A stretch of DNA of 64,000 bases, from positions 82,189 to 146,188 of the IMG/VR virus record IMGVR_UViG_3300030104_002421; one strand, given 5' to 3'. Below are positions 38,257 through 46,918 of the stretch, piece by piece (position 1 is the first letter of the stretch; every line of letters starts with the position of its first letter). The notes below the pieces were generated by a model. The model ran no database searches and had not been told where the DNA came from. It was given only the letters and a program-made list of their open reading frames with translations. Origin of the DNA: a virus. A program made the translations under genes and the position numbers.

Positions 38257-38900
38257 GAGTTGAATTTAGTAACACGGAAGTTATTAACTTTACAGCGTGT
38301 CCTATATTTCACACAAGCACAGACTTTAGATTAACTGATGATGAAATGCAAATACTCACGGAAGAGACTGGTGGCACACGGTTAGGCGATGGTATATATA
38401 GAGGAAAAGCACAAATAAGTAATAATCACAATGTATTAGACACACCCGGACTTGAAAGAGTACAACGATTTATGTTGCAGACAGGACAACACTTTGTAAA
38501 GAATACACTAGAAATAGAGAATGAGTTTTATCTAACACAAACATGGTTTACAAGAAACGATAAAGAAAGTGCTCATCATACACATACACACCCAAACAGT
38601 ATTTTAGCGATGGTCTATTATCCTCAATGTGAAAGTGGTGACATGGTAGTATCAGTAGAAAAAAATAATATGTTTCCACATTTTGATTTCAATTGGAAAT
38701 TATCCAAATATAATAATTTCAATGCTAAGTCATGGTCAATACAAGTACGAACTGGTGATGTAGTAATTTTTCCAGGTTATGTTGCACACAAAACAACACC
38801 AAATGAAAGTGATACAGTACGATATGCTTTGGGTGCTAATTTCTTTACAAGAGGCACATTTGGTACATATGAGAACACAGATTTATTGGAGTTGAAATGA
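38241..38900 (+). CDS. 2OG-Fe(II) oxygenase-like protein
   Basis: HHTHTHPNS, GDVVIFPGYVAH, RYALGAN. Confidence 0.8.
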   Translation: MADDIRVEFSNTEVINFTACPIFHTSTDFRLTDDEMQILTEETGGTRLGDGIYRGKAQISNNHNVLDTPGLERVQRFMLQTGQHFVKNTLEIENEFYLTQTWFTRNDKESAHHTHTHPNSILAMVYYPQCESGDMVVSVEKNNMFPHFDFNWKLSKYNNFNAKSWSIQVRTGDVVIFPGYVAHKTTPNESDTVRYALGANFFTRGTFGTYENTDLLELK

Positions 38901-39751
38901 GTAATTTATTTGTATTAGGTAATGGCGAAAGCAGAAAAAACATACCAGTTGATATGTTAAAGTATTCTGGTAAAGTATGGGGTTGTAATGCCATTTATAG
39001 AGAACATAAACTAGATGGTTTGATTGCAGTTGACCCTATGTTAGAACATGAAATATATCGTAGTGGTTATGCACACGAAAATTCTGTTTACTTTAGAAGT
39101 TGGGATACTATGCCTGCTGAACATTATGATATGATGATAGAGGCACAAACAAGTAACATGAAAAATCCAGAGATAAGAGAGTGGCGATATAATCCAGAAG
39201 GACATTATTTAAGTTTTGTTATACATGGTCAATCTACTGTTGATACAAATAGAGACAGTACAAGATGGAAAGGTGATGGTTTTGAAAATGTTTATGTGAG
39301 TTGGTTATATGGTAAAGATAAAATTACAATGTTAAAAGATATAATGGCAGATTATTATGGCGCTGCTTGGGAAGGTGATGTTATAGGACCAGAAGACCCA
39401 GGCTGGTCATCAGGTGCTACTGCCATGTATGTTTCTTGTAAAGTAGAGAAACCTAAAAAGTGTTATCTACTAGGCATGGACATGTATAGTACAACAGATT
39501 TTATAAATAACTTATATAAAAATTCTTACGGTTACCTAGAAAGCAAGGAAAATGCAGTAACACCACAGAATTGGGTAATCCAGATGGGGCGTGTTATGGT
39601 AAGATTTAAGGATATAGAGTTTATTAAGGTTAATCCTAGTGGAAATAGTGAGATTTCTCAAAGAATGCCACAATGGGATAGTCTTCCAAACATTACATAT
39701 ATGCATATGGAAGAATTTGAAAAAAACTTTAATTTAAGGCTTGACATTTAG
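38897..39751 (+). CDS. Rossmann-like protein (Maf/MptE/sialyltransferase-like)
   Basis: VLGNGESR, WGCNAIYRE, WSSGATA, YLLGMD. Confidence 0.55.
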   Translation: MSNLFVLGNGESRKNIPVDMLKYSGKVWGCNAIYREHKLDGLIAVDPMLEHEIYRSGYAHENSVYFRSWDTMPAEHYDMMIEAQTSNMKNPEIREWRYNPEGHYLSFVIHGQSTVDTNRDSTRWKGDGFENVYVSWLYGKDKITMLKDIMADYYGAAWEGDVIGPEDPGWSSGATAMYVSCKVEKPKKCYLLGMDMYSTTDFINNLYKNSYGYLESKENAVTPQNWVIQMGRVMVRFKDIEFIKVNPSGNSEISQRMPQWDSLPNITYMHMEEFEKNFNLRLDI

Positions 39752-39769
39752 CACAATTCGTGTTATAAT
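39741..39769 (+). promoter_or_regulatory. Consensus sigma70 promoter
   Basis: AGGC-TTGACA-N17-TATAAT. Confidence 0.85.
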
Positions 39770-39775
39770 GTTAAT

Positions 39776-39990
39776 AATAATAGCAAAAAGAACTAATTAC
39801 TCTTTTTGAATAGTGCAAGGAAGAGGGTTTCACCAGAGGCTCGAACTTGACTTCTCAGGGGTGGTACCCAGGTCAGTTGTGGAAAACACAAAGGGCAATA
39901 TCTCAAATACCAAGAGGGAGAAGGTTAAACTGATTTTAGGACTGGAATCCGGTTCAGTTTTTGTGGGTAATTCCATAGTCCCACCTATTT
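39776..39990 (+). ncRNA. Unidentified structured non-coding RNA (about 210 nt)
   Basis: GC-richer intergenic tract after a perfect promoter, six or more stems, two loop-loop complementarities. Confidence 0.65.
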
Positions 39991-39995
39991 TCTAT

Positions 39996-40003
39996 TATAA
40001 ATA
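39996..40003 (+). promoter_or_regulatory. T4-type late promoter
   Basis: TATAAATA upstream of gp32. Confidence 0.7.
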
Positions 40004-40068
40004 GATGTGTACGATTATATAGTACAAGAAAGAAGAATACAAATACAACGAATACAAGGAGATAAAAT

Positions 40069-40980
40069 ATGTCATTCGCAAATCTAAAACGAAGTCGAGG
40101 TAATTTCGACAAACTAACTAAAGAGTTAGAAAAAGTACAAACCCCCACAAACAATCAAAATTCTTCCTCAGATGATAGGTTCTGGAAACCAGAACTAGAT
40201 AAATCAGGTAATGGTTATGCTGTTATCAGATTTCTACCTGCTGTAGAAGGAGAAGAACTGCCTTGGGCAAGAGTATGGTCACATGCTTTTCAAGGACCAG
40301 GTGGTTGGTACATTGAAAATTCTTTAACTACACTAGGTCAAAAAGATCCAGTTAGTGAAGAAAATACTAAATTATGGAATACAGGCTCAGACGCCGACAA
40401 AGAAATTGCTCGTAAGAGAAAAAGAAAGTTATCTTACTTTACAAATATTCTTGTAGTGAATGACCCTAAGCATCCTGAAAATGAAGGTAAGGTGTTTCTA
40501 TACAAATTTGGTAAGAAAATTTTTGATAAACTTACTGAAGCAATGAAACCTGAATTTGAAGATGAAAAGGCAATCAACCCATTTGACTTTTGGGAAGGTG
40601 CTAACTTCAAATTAAAAATTAGAAAAGTTGATGGTTACTGGAACTATGACAAATCTGAATTTGAAACTACATCTAAATTGAAAGAGGCAGATGAAGAAAT
40701 AGAAGCGATTTGGAAAATGCAGAAACCATTAGTAGAATTTTCAGCACCAAGTAATTTCAAATCTTATGATGATTTAAAAGCGAAATTTGAAAAAACTGTA
40801 TATGGTACTGGAAAATCTGAAACAGCAGACCAAATTGATATCCCACCTGTAAGTGCTGCTGTTGAAGAGGTAAGTGAACAAGTAAAAGAAACTGTAGCGT
40901 CAGCGCCAATTGATACTCCCCCTAGTAATGATGACGAAGACGATACTATGAATTACTTTAGCAAATTAGTTAACGATTAA
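40069..40980 (+). CDS. gp32: Single-stranded DNA-binding protein (T4 gp32)
   Basis: DDRFWKP, GNGYAVIRFLP, WYIENSLTT, YKFGKKIFDK, NYDKSEF, acidic tail. Confidence 0.97.
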   Translation: MSFANLKRSRGNFDKLTKELEKVQTPTNNQNSSSDDRFWKPELDKSGNGYAVIRFLPAVEGEELPWARVWSHAFQGPGGWYIENSLTTLGQKDPVSEENTKLWNTGSDADKEIARKRKRKLSYFTNILVVNDPKHPENEGKVFLYKFGKKIFDKLTEAMKPEFEDEKAINPFDFWEGANFKLKIRKVDGYWNYDKSEFETTSKLKEADEEIEAIWKMQKPLVEFSAPSNFKSYDDLKAKFEKTVYGTGKSETADQIDIPPVSAAVEEVSEQVKETVASAPIDTPPSNDDEDDTMNYFSKLVND

Positions 40981-41011
40981 ACTAATCTCTCCTGCTATAA
41001 ACACTTACATT

Positions 41012-41036
41012 AAGGGGGACTTTGTCCCCCTTTTTT
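41012..41036 (+). terminator. Intrinsic terminator
   Basis: AAGGGGGAC-TTT-GTCCCCCTT + T run. Confidence 0.85.
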
Positions 41037-41049
41037 AATATATATTGAT

Positions 41050-41667
41050 ATGATAAAAGACTATATAGCACACGATTTATTTCCAACACCTGTATATCAG
41101 AATAATATTCCTGTAACTACACTTGACGAAATAAGACAGGAAGAATATAGAGAAATACTACCTGATAGAAATGGTTACTATACAAAGAATACTAGAATAT
41201 TAGATAAGTACACAGACTTAAAAAAAGTTATACAAGAACACATTGATTGCTTTGTCTTTGAACATTTACTCATAAAAAGAATATATGAGTTTCCTATATT
41301 GAACAGTTGGGTCAATAGACATATACGAAGTGATTTCTCACATAAACATTTTCATTGTCATTCATTAATAAGTGGCATATACTACCTCAAGGCACCACAA
41401 GATGGTGGCATGCCAATGTTTTGGAAACCTGATGGTTTCTCAAATCTACTAGGTACAATGTTTAACTTTGAGTTAAGTGGTGATAATGGTATCAATAAAT
41501 TAGTATATAAAGTTAATGTAAAAGATGGTGATTTATTACTGTTTCCATCACATTTATATCATTCAGTAGAAGAAAGTAAAACAGACGAGGAACGATACTC
41601 TTTGGCATTTAATGTATGGGTCAAGGGTGAGTTTGAGGCCAGCGATATAAGCGAATTATCATTATAA
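41050..41667 (+). CDS. 2OG-Fe(II) oxygenase-like protein
   Basis: LFPTPVY, SWVN, HFH..SLISGIYY, LLLFPSHLYHSV, RYSLAFN. Confidence 0.85.
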   Translation: MIKDYIAHDLFPTPVYQNNIPVTTLDEIRQEEYREILPDRNGYYTKNTRILDKYTDLKKVIQEHIDCFVFEHLLIKRIYEFPILNSWVNRHIRSDFSHKHFHCHSLISGIYYLKAPQDGGMPMFWKPDGFSNLLGTMFNFELSGDNGINKLVYKVNVKDGDLLLFPSHLYHSVEESKTDEERYSLAFNVWVKGEFEASDISELSL

Positions 41668-41670
41668 ATA
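41663..41670 (+). promoter_or_regulatory. T4-type late promoter
   Basis: TATAAATA 10 nt before ATG 41681. Confidence 0.7.
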
Positions 41671-41680
41671 GTCCATTACT

Positions 41681-41962
41681 ATGGATTTATTTTTTACAAT
41701 TTTAGTTGATTTTGGATTGCCAGTTGCAGCTGCAATGGTAATGGGGGTATTCATATACATTATTTTAAAGTATATACTATCCGGTGTTGTAGGTCAAGTA
41801 CAAACAATCACTATGTTAATCTCCGCTTTAGACAACAGAATTAAAACTATGAACCACGATATGGTAAAACTTGATATATTAATAAGTAGCGCTTTGAACT
41901 TACGACCTGACCTTGATAGAATATCCAGAGCAGATGGTAAAGAAGACGCCAGAAAAGACTAA
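41681..41962 (+). CDS. Single-TM membrane protein
   Basis: FGLPVAAAMVMGVFIYIIL; ALDNRIKTMNHD. Confidence 0.7.
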   Translation: MDLFFTILVDFGLPVAAAMVMGVFIYIILKYILSGVVGQVQTITMLISALDNRIKTMNHDMVKLDILISSALNLRPDLDRISRADGKEDARKD

Positions 41963-42255
41963 TGGATATTGTAGAGATATTAAACCAGTATGGTTTTGCC
42001 ACAGTAGCAGCAATTGCTATGGGGTATTTCATCTATTTTATTTACAATTATATCACCGGTAATATCATAGAAAAATTAGACAAAGCACAAATCACTACCA
42101 TAGCATTAATTGATAGAATTAGAATGCTAGATAATGACTTAATAAGATTACGGTCAAAACTGAATACCGTACTAGAAATGAGGGAAAATGAACAAAGAGA
42201 CGGCACAAAAAAGTCTGGAAATGCAGAAAAACTACTTGAAGGTGATGAAAAGTAA
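41962..42255 (+). CDS. Single-TM membrane protein, paralog-like to 41681
   Basis: YGFATVAAIAMGYFIYFIY; ALIDRIRMLDND. Confidence 0.7.
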   Translation: MDIVEILNQYGFATVAAIAMGYFIYFIYNYITGNIIEKLDKAQITTIALIDRIRMLDNDLIRLRSKLNTVLEMRENEQRDGTKKSGNAEKLLEGDEK

Positions 42256-42323
42256 CGGTATAATAGTTGGCGCAGTAATACTATTAACTTTTACTACCGT
42301 TGCAATATTAGACTACCTCCTAT

Positions 42324-42331
42324 TATAAATA
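42324..42331 (+). promoter_or_regulatory. T4-type late promoter
   Basis: TATAAATA 5 nt before csgF ATG. Confidence 0.65.
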
Positions 42332-42336
42332 TAAGC

Positions 42337-42813
42337 ATGAACAAGGCACTTTTAAAAGTGCTAGGGGGCAGTCTTATATTATGTACTTTGAGTTTACCTA
42401 GTACATCAAGCGAATTAGTATATCAATTTGGCAATCCCGCATTTAGTGGTGTTGGTTACTCAAGCCATGTGTTGTCAATTGAACAATTAAATTATAATAG
42501 AGAAAAGCAGGTTACAGATGACGCTAAGTCAGCGGCAGCTGCTCAGGCACGATTAGAAAACAATACTACAATTAACAAGTTTATTAAGAATGTAGAAAGT
42601 CGTATCTATGCTAATTTGTCCAAACAGTTAGTTGATAACATGTTTGGTACTGAATGTTCTGGTACTTGTCCTACAAGTGGCACAGCAACAGTAGAAGGTT
42701 CACAAATTGCTTGGATAAAAGATACCTCTACAGAAATTATTACATTAACAATTACTGACCCTAATGGCAATGTTACTACAATGTCCGTGCCACTAGGTGA
42801 CTTTAAATTTTAG
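42337..42813 (+). CDS. csgF: Curli assembly protein CsgF-like
   Basis: Signal peptide then SELVYQFGNPAFSG (cf. CsgF xxFxFxNPxFGG); ITITDP.G..T.MSVP tail. Confidence 0.8.
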   Translation: MNKALLKVLGGSLILCTLSLPSTSSELVYQFGNPAFSGVGYSSHVLSIEQLNYNREKQVTDDAKSAAAAQARLENNTTINKFIKNVESRIYANLSKQLVDNMFGTECSGTCPTSGTATVEGSQIAWIKDTSTEIITLTITDPNGNVTTMSVPLGDFKF

Positions 42814-42819
42814 AAGATT

Positions 42820-43638
42820 ATGGGTATATACGAAGTTATAAAAGTGTTAGGTTTGATGTGTCTATTGACAGGTTGTGCCTCTAATAGTCAAAACATAAAA
42901 AAAGGTGCAGAACCTTTTATTGAAGGTTCAACAACAATAGAACTATTAAGAGAGATACCTGATTTAGATAATCAACCTGTAATTACAATTGCTGTTTATG
43001 AATTTACTGACCAAACAGGACAAAGAAAACCTAACCCTAACTTTTCTCAATTGTCAACGGCAGTTACACAAGGTCCTGATGTTTGGGTGATATCTGCTTT
43101 AAAAGCAGTTAGTGAAGGTGATTGGTTTAAAGTAGTAGAAAGAAAAGGTTTAAACAACCTAATTAAAGAGAGACAATTAATTAGGTCAACAAGAGAATTA
43201 TATGATGGAGAGAGTGAGGCAAAAAATCAATTGAAACCTATGTTATTTGCAGGTCTCATAATAGAGGGTGGCATAGTAGGTTATGATAGCAATGTTGTAA
43301 GTGGTGGTGTTGGTGCAAGATATTTTGGTATAGGCATGAGTGAAATGTACCGTACAGACCAAGTAACAGTTTCATTAAGAGTTGTTGCTGTTCAGACTGG
43401 AGAAATATTACTTACAGTCCATGCAACAAAGACAATCGCAAGTTATAATAAGGGCGGTGATGTATTTAGATTTTTAGATATGAGTACAAAGGCGTTAGAA
43501 TTAGAAACTGGTGCAGCTACAAACGAACCAGTTAGTTATGCGATAAGAACAGCGATAGAGTATGCAGTATTACAGATGGTTTATGAAGGCGTTAACAAAG
43601 ACCTTTGGAAAATGAAAGGCGTAGAAGGAGTAAGATGA
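42820..43638 (+). CDS. csgG: Curli secretion channel lipoprotein CsgG
   Basis: Lipobox LLTGC, AVYEFTDQTGQRKP, STAVTQG, VVERKGLNNLIKERQLIR, EGGIVGYD, GGVGARYFGIG. Confidence 0.93.
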   Translation: MGIYEVIKVLGLMCLLTGCASNSQNIKKGAEPFIEGSTTIELLREIPDLDNQPVITIAVYEFTDQTGQRKPNPNFSQLSTAVTQGPDVWVISALKAVSEGDWFKVVERKGLNNLIKERQLIRSTRELYDGESEAKNQLKPMLFAGLIIEGGIVGYDSNVVSGGVGARYFGIGMSEMYRTDQVTVSLRVVAVQTGEILLTVHATKTIASYNKGGDVFRFLDMSTKALELETGAATNEPVSYAIRTAIEYAVLQMVYEGVNKDLWKMKGVEGVR

Positions 43639-44321
43639 GAAATGTAACAAAAATAGTTATGTTTTTGATGATGTTTACATTGCCAGTAATGGCGAATGAT
43701 ATTTATGTAACACAATCCGGTGCTACATTAACTTTAGATGTATTACAAGACGGACAAAACAACACAATAGGTAACAGTACCACAGCTTCAACAGTAACAG
43801 GTGCTACATCTAACTTTAACATTGACCAAATTGGTAATTCAAATGTGTTGACATTTGATATTAATGGTGCAAATTACACAGGTGTTTTTAGTACGACTGG
43901 TAATAGTAACAATATAGATTTCAATTGTGATAGCGGAGGAACAGTTAGTTCATGTGCCACAGTTACAGCGTCAATTATTTGGGTAGGTTCTTCAAATGAT
44001 TTAGATATTGATGTTGGTGAAACAGCAGACGCTACGGGTGCTAATATTACGATAGCAGGTGCTTCTGGTAGTGATAGTAATGTTATTGCTGGTACAGTAG
44101 ATGGTACAAGTGTTATCTTTACTTTATCAGTAAATGGTGATACAAATAATTTCTTGGTCGACATAGACGGAGATGGGGATAGTGCAGGACATACCTACAT
44201 ACACACACATACAGGTTCAATTGCTGATGTTGACATAACACAATCAGGTATATATGACAACATGATTACTTTAACAACAAGTGGCGACAACCACAATATT
44301 GATATTATACAAAGAGACTAA
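43635..44321 (+). CDS. Curlin-like beta-solenoid secreted protein
   Basis: Signal peptide; repeats such as IYVTQSG, LQDGQNN, IDQIGNSN, ITQSGIYDN. Confidence 0.7.
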   Translation: MRNVTKIVMFLMMFTLPVMANDIYVTQSGATLTLDVLQDGQNNTIGNSTTASTVTGATSNFNIDQIGNSNVLTFDINGANYTGVFSTTGNSNNIDFNCDSGGTVSSCATVTASIIWVGSSNDLDIDVGETADATGANITIAGASGSDSNVIAGTVDGTSVIFTLSVNGDTNNFLVDIDGDGDSAGHTYIHTHTGSIADVDITQSGIYDNMITLTTSGDNHNIDIIQRD

Positions 44322-44365
44322 TATGGATTGGATTTTAATTTTATTATATACAGGAGTGATTACAT

Positions 44366-45490
44366 ATGCGGCTTACAAATTTTATAATTGGGTGCATAGT
44401 CTTAACCCTTACGATTTTACTCCCAAAAAGTAGTTTTGCTAATATTGGCAATGTTACTCAATTAGAGGGTAACGGTGTCATTGATAGACAAGACGGTGAT
44501 GAGGGTATTGTAATTGAAAAAGAATTAGATATATTTTCATACGATACTGTAAAGACAGGTAATGGTAAAGTTGGGATAGAGTTTATAGACAATACAAGAG
44601 TTGACATCACCCAACATTCAAAACTTATCATAGATGAGTTTGTTTATGACCCAAACAGTAAGACCGGTAAACTATCATTGAAAGCAAGTCTTGGCACAGT
44701 AAGATATGCCTCAGGACAAATTGCAAAAAATTCAGCAACAAATGTACAGATAACGACACCAACGGCAACGATTGGTGTTCGTGGTACAGATTTTACTATG
44801 ACAATAGATGAAGTAGGTTCATCTACAATTATATTGTTACCAAGTTGCGATACAAATGGTAATTGTTTTGTAGGTGAGATAAGTGTTGAAAGCGACGCTG
44901 GTCAAGTTATACTTAATCAGGCATTTCAAGCTACAGTAGTTGATACAGTTGCAAGTAGACCATTGACGCCTGTAATTTTAAATTTAGATGAAGATATGAT
45001 TAATAACTTAATGATTGTATCTAAACCTGCTGAAATAGAAAGTATGCAAAATGAAGAAGGACTTAATGAAGTTGCAGACGCTTTAGATATTGACTTTTTA
45101 CAATTTGATGATTTAGAAGTTGATTATTTGGCAGAGGATGAAAGTCAATTTAAAACAGGACTTGATATTGATTTTTTAGAACAAAATTTTTTGGCTGATA
45201 TCTTGGCACAGATTAACAAAGAGTTAGCAAAAGCAATGAGGTCAGAATTTGATAAACAAAAATCAGCAGATGGTATATTACTAGGTAAGAATCCTGAAAC
45301 TGGTGTCATAATATTAGATGAAGACCCAGAGTGGGTATGGATAAGAGAAGACGCTAGTGGTAGTTATATAGAACTACGATTAGATAAAGAGTATGGATAT
45401 ATTTTAAATATTGTGCAAAGTGAATTTGAACAATATGATTTTCAGTTAGGAGGGCAAGACAATGCTATTACGATACAGCAAATTAATTAG
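44366..45490 (+). CDS. FecR-domain periplasmic protein
   Basis: Signal peptide, DTVKTGNG, IEFIDNT, ITTPTATIGVRGTDF. Confidence 0.85.
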   Translation: MRLTNFIIGCIVLTLTILLPKSSFANIGNVTQLEGNGVIDRQDGDEGIVIEKELDIFSYDTVKTGNGKVGIEFIDNTRVDITQHSKLIIDEFVYDPNSKTGKLSLKASLGTVRYASGQIAKNSATNVQITTPTATIGVRGTDFTMTIDEVGSSTIILLPSCDTNGNCFVGEISVESDAGQVILNQAFQATVVDTVASRPLTPVILNLDEDMINNLMIVSKPAEIESMQNEEGLNEVADALDIDFLQFDDLEVDYLAEDESQFKTGLDIDFLEQNFLADILAQINKELAKAMRSEFDKQKSADGILLGKNPETGVIILDEDPEWVWIREDASGSYIELRLDKEYGYILNIVQSEFEQYDFQLGGQDNAITIQQIN

Positions 45491-46910
45491 TTTCTTATTT
45501 GTATTGTTTTGTTGCACATCAGCATTTGCTGAGACGGCACATATAAACTATACTGATACTAATATGTACAATAAGATTAAAGGTGAACTAGAAACATTAG
45601 GGTTTACAGTTACAGGTACAAATAGTGGGTCAGTAAGTTTAAGTGATTTTACTGGTAAAGATTTACATATCAATGTTGCAGGTAATAATAACTGTGGCAG
45701 TACATGTAAGACGGCATATGAAACTTATATAGGTGCAGGTGGTAATGTTATTATTGCAGGTAATGGTGACCGTGATGGCAATAGAACACTTAGCATTGAA
45801 AGTCTTGTAGAAAGTAAATTAAGTGTAGGTACTATTACAATATATAATGGTGAAGCGAACTATCTATCACATCCTCATGGTACTCAATATTCAAGTACAA
45901 ATACTTATTGGGTTACAAGAAATGTTTTTAGAATGGACTCTGGTGGTACGGCATTAGCAGATAATTCAGGAGCAAACCTCAGTACATGGAAAAACTGGGC
46001 AGTATATGGTTATGGTAGTAATGGTGGTAAATTAATTATTACACTTGACCAAGCACAATTTAATCATAGTGGTAATAATAATAGTGCCACTTGGAATACA
46101 AGATTGTATACCTTTTTAGAAGAAACACTTGAAGAAGAAGGTATATTATCAACCACAGTAAATATAACAGCAACAACAAGTCAATCATCTACAATAACAA
46201 GTGATAAAGCACAAACAGGTAATGGTCTTAAAATGACTATTACAGGTGACGGTAATACTTTAAATGTAGAACAAGAAGGTGAGAATAATTTTATAGTAGG
46301 TACAGATTGGTCTAGTAATAGTGCAATCACAGGTGATAATAACACAATCAATATTGACCAAGGTAATGTAACGACAAGTGGTAGTAGTGGCAACAATGGT
46401 CTTGCATTAGATATAACAGGCAGTACAAATACACTTAATATATCACAAGGAGATTATGCTACAGACACAGGCGACCATAGAATATTTTTAGACATTGATG
46501 GTTCTACAAATACACTAACTTTACAACAAAGAAATAATGGTACAACATCAAGTGAGCATTATATGAATTTAGATTTGGATTCAGGTTCAAATGTCATTAC
46601 AATGCAACAATTAGATAATGGTGATAAGATATTGTTTTTAGATATCAACAATAGTAATAATGCAGTAGATGTAAACCAATCAGGTACAGGCGAACACTTT
46701 TTAGACTTAAAGTTAGACACAGGTTCTTATGCACATGATGTTGATATCTCACAGACAGGTTCAGGTGACCATGCGGCTAGAGTGGAATTAGATGGATATT
46801 CCACAGACTTTGATTTAGTACAACAAGGTTCTACAGACCAGGACTACAATGTAAATATGACTTGTGGTACATCAAGTGGTTGTACCCTATCAACAACACA
46901 AGGTAACTAA
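45462..46910 (+). CDS. Large curlin-repeat protein with N-terminal globular domain
   Basis: Signal peptide; C-terminal repeats GDGNTLNVEQEG, GDNNTINIDQG, GSTNTLNISQG, NAVDVNQSG. Confidence 0.7.
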   Translation: MLLRYSKLISFLFVLFCCTSAFAETAHINYTDTNMYNKIKGELETLGFTVTGTNSGSVSLSDFTGKDLHINVAGNNNCGSTCKTAYETYIGAGGNVIIAGNGDRDGNRTLSIESLVESKLSVGTITIYNGEANYLSHPHGTQYSSTNTYWVTRNVFRMDSGGTALADNSGANLSTWKNWAVYGYGSNGGKLIITLDQAQFNHSGNNNSATWNTRLYTFLEETLEEEGILSTTVNITATTSQSSTITSDKAQTGNGLKMTITGDGNTLNVEQEGENNFIVGTDWSSNSAITGDNNTINIDQGNVTTSGSSGNNGLALDITGSTNTLNISQGDYATDTGDHRIFLDIDGSTNTLTLQQRNNGTTSSEHYMNLDLDSGSNVITMQQLDNGDKILFLDINNSNNAVDVNQSGTGEHFLDLKLDTGSYAHDVDISQTGSGDHAARVELDGYSTDFDLVQQGSTDQDYNVNMTCGTSSGCTLSTTQGN

Positions 46911-46918
46911 ATAGTAAT

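Noticed and set aside
39776-39990. RNase P RNA or 6S RNA identity
   Set aside because: No GAGGAAAGUCC/P4 signature and not a single long rod with central bubble.
39813-40004. 63-aa ORF across the structured region
   Set aside because: GTG start without SD, atypical composition, coincides with the predicted RNA stems.
44323-44433. 36-aa hydrophobic ORF overlapping the FecR gene start
   Set aside because: No clear SD, and the nearby AGGAG serves the FecR ATG; cannot be supported without homologs.
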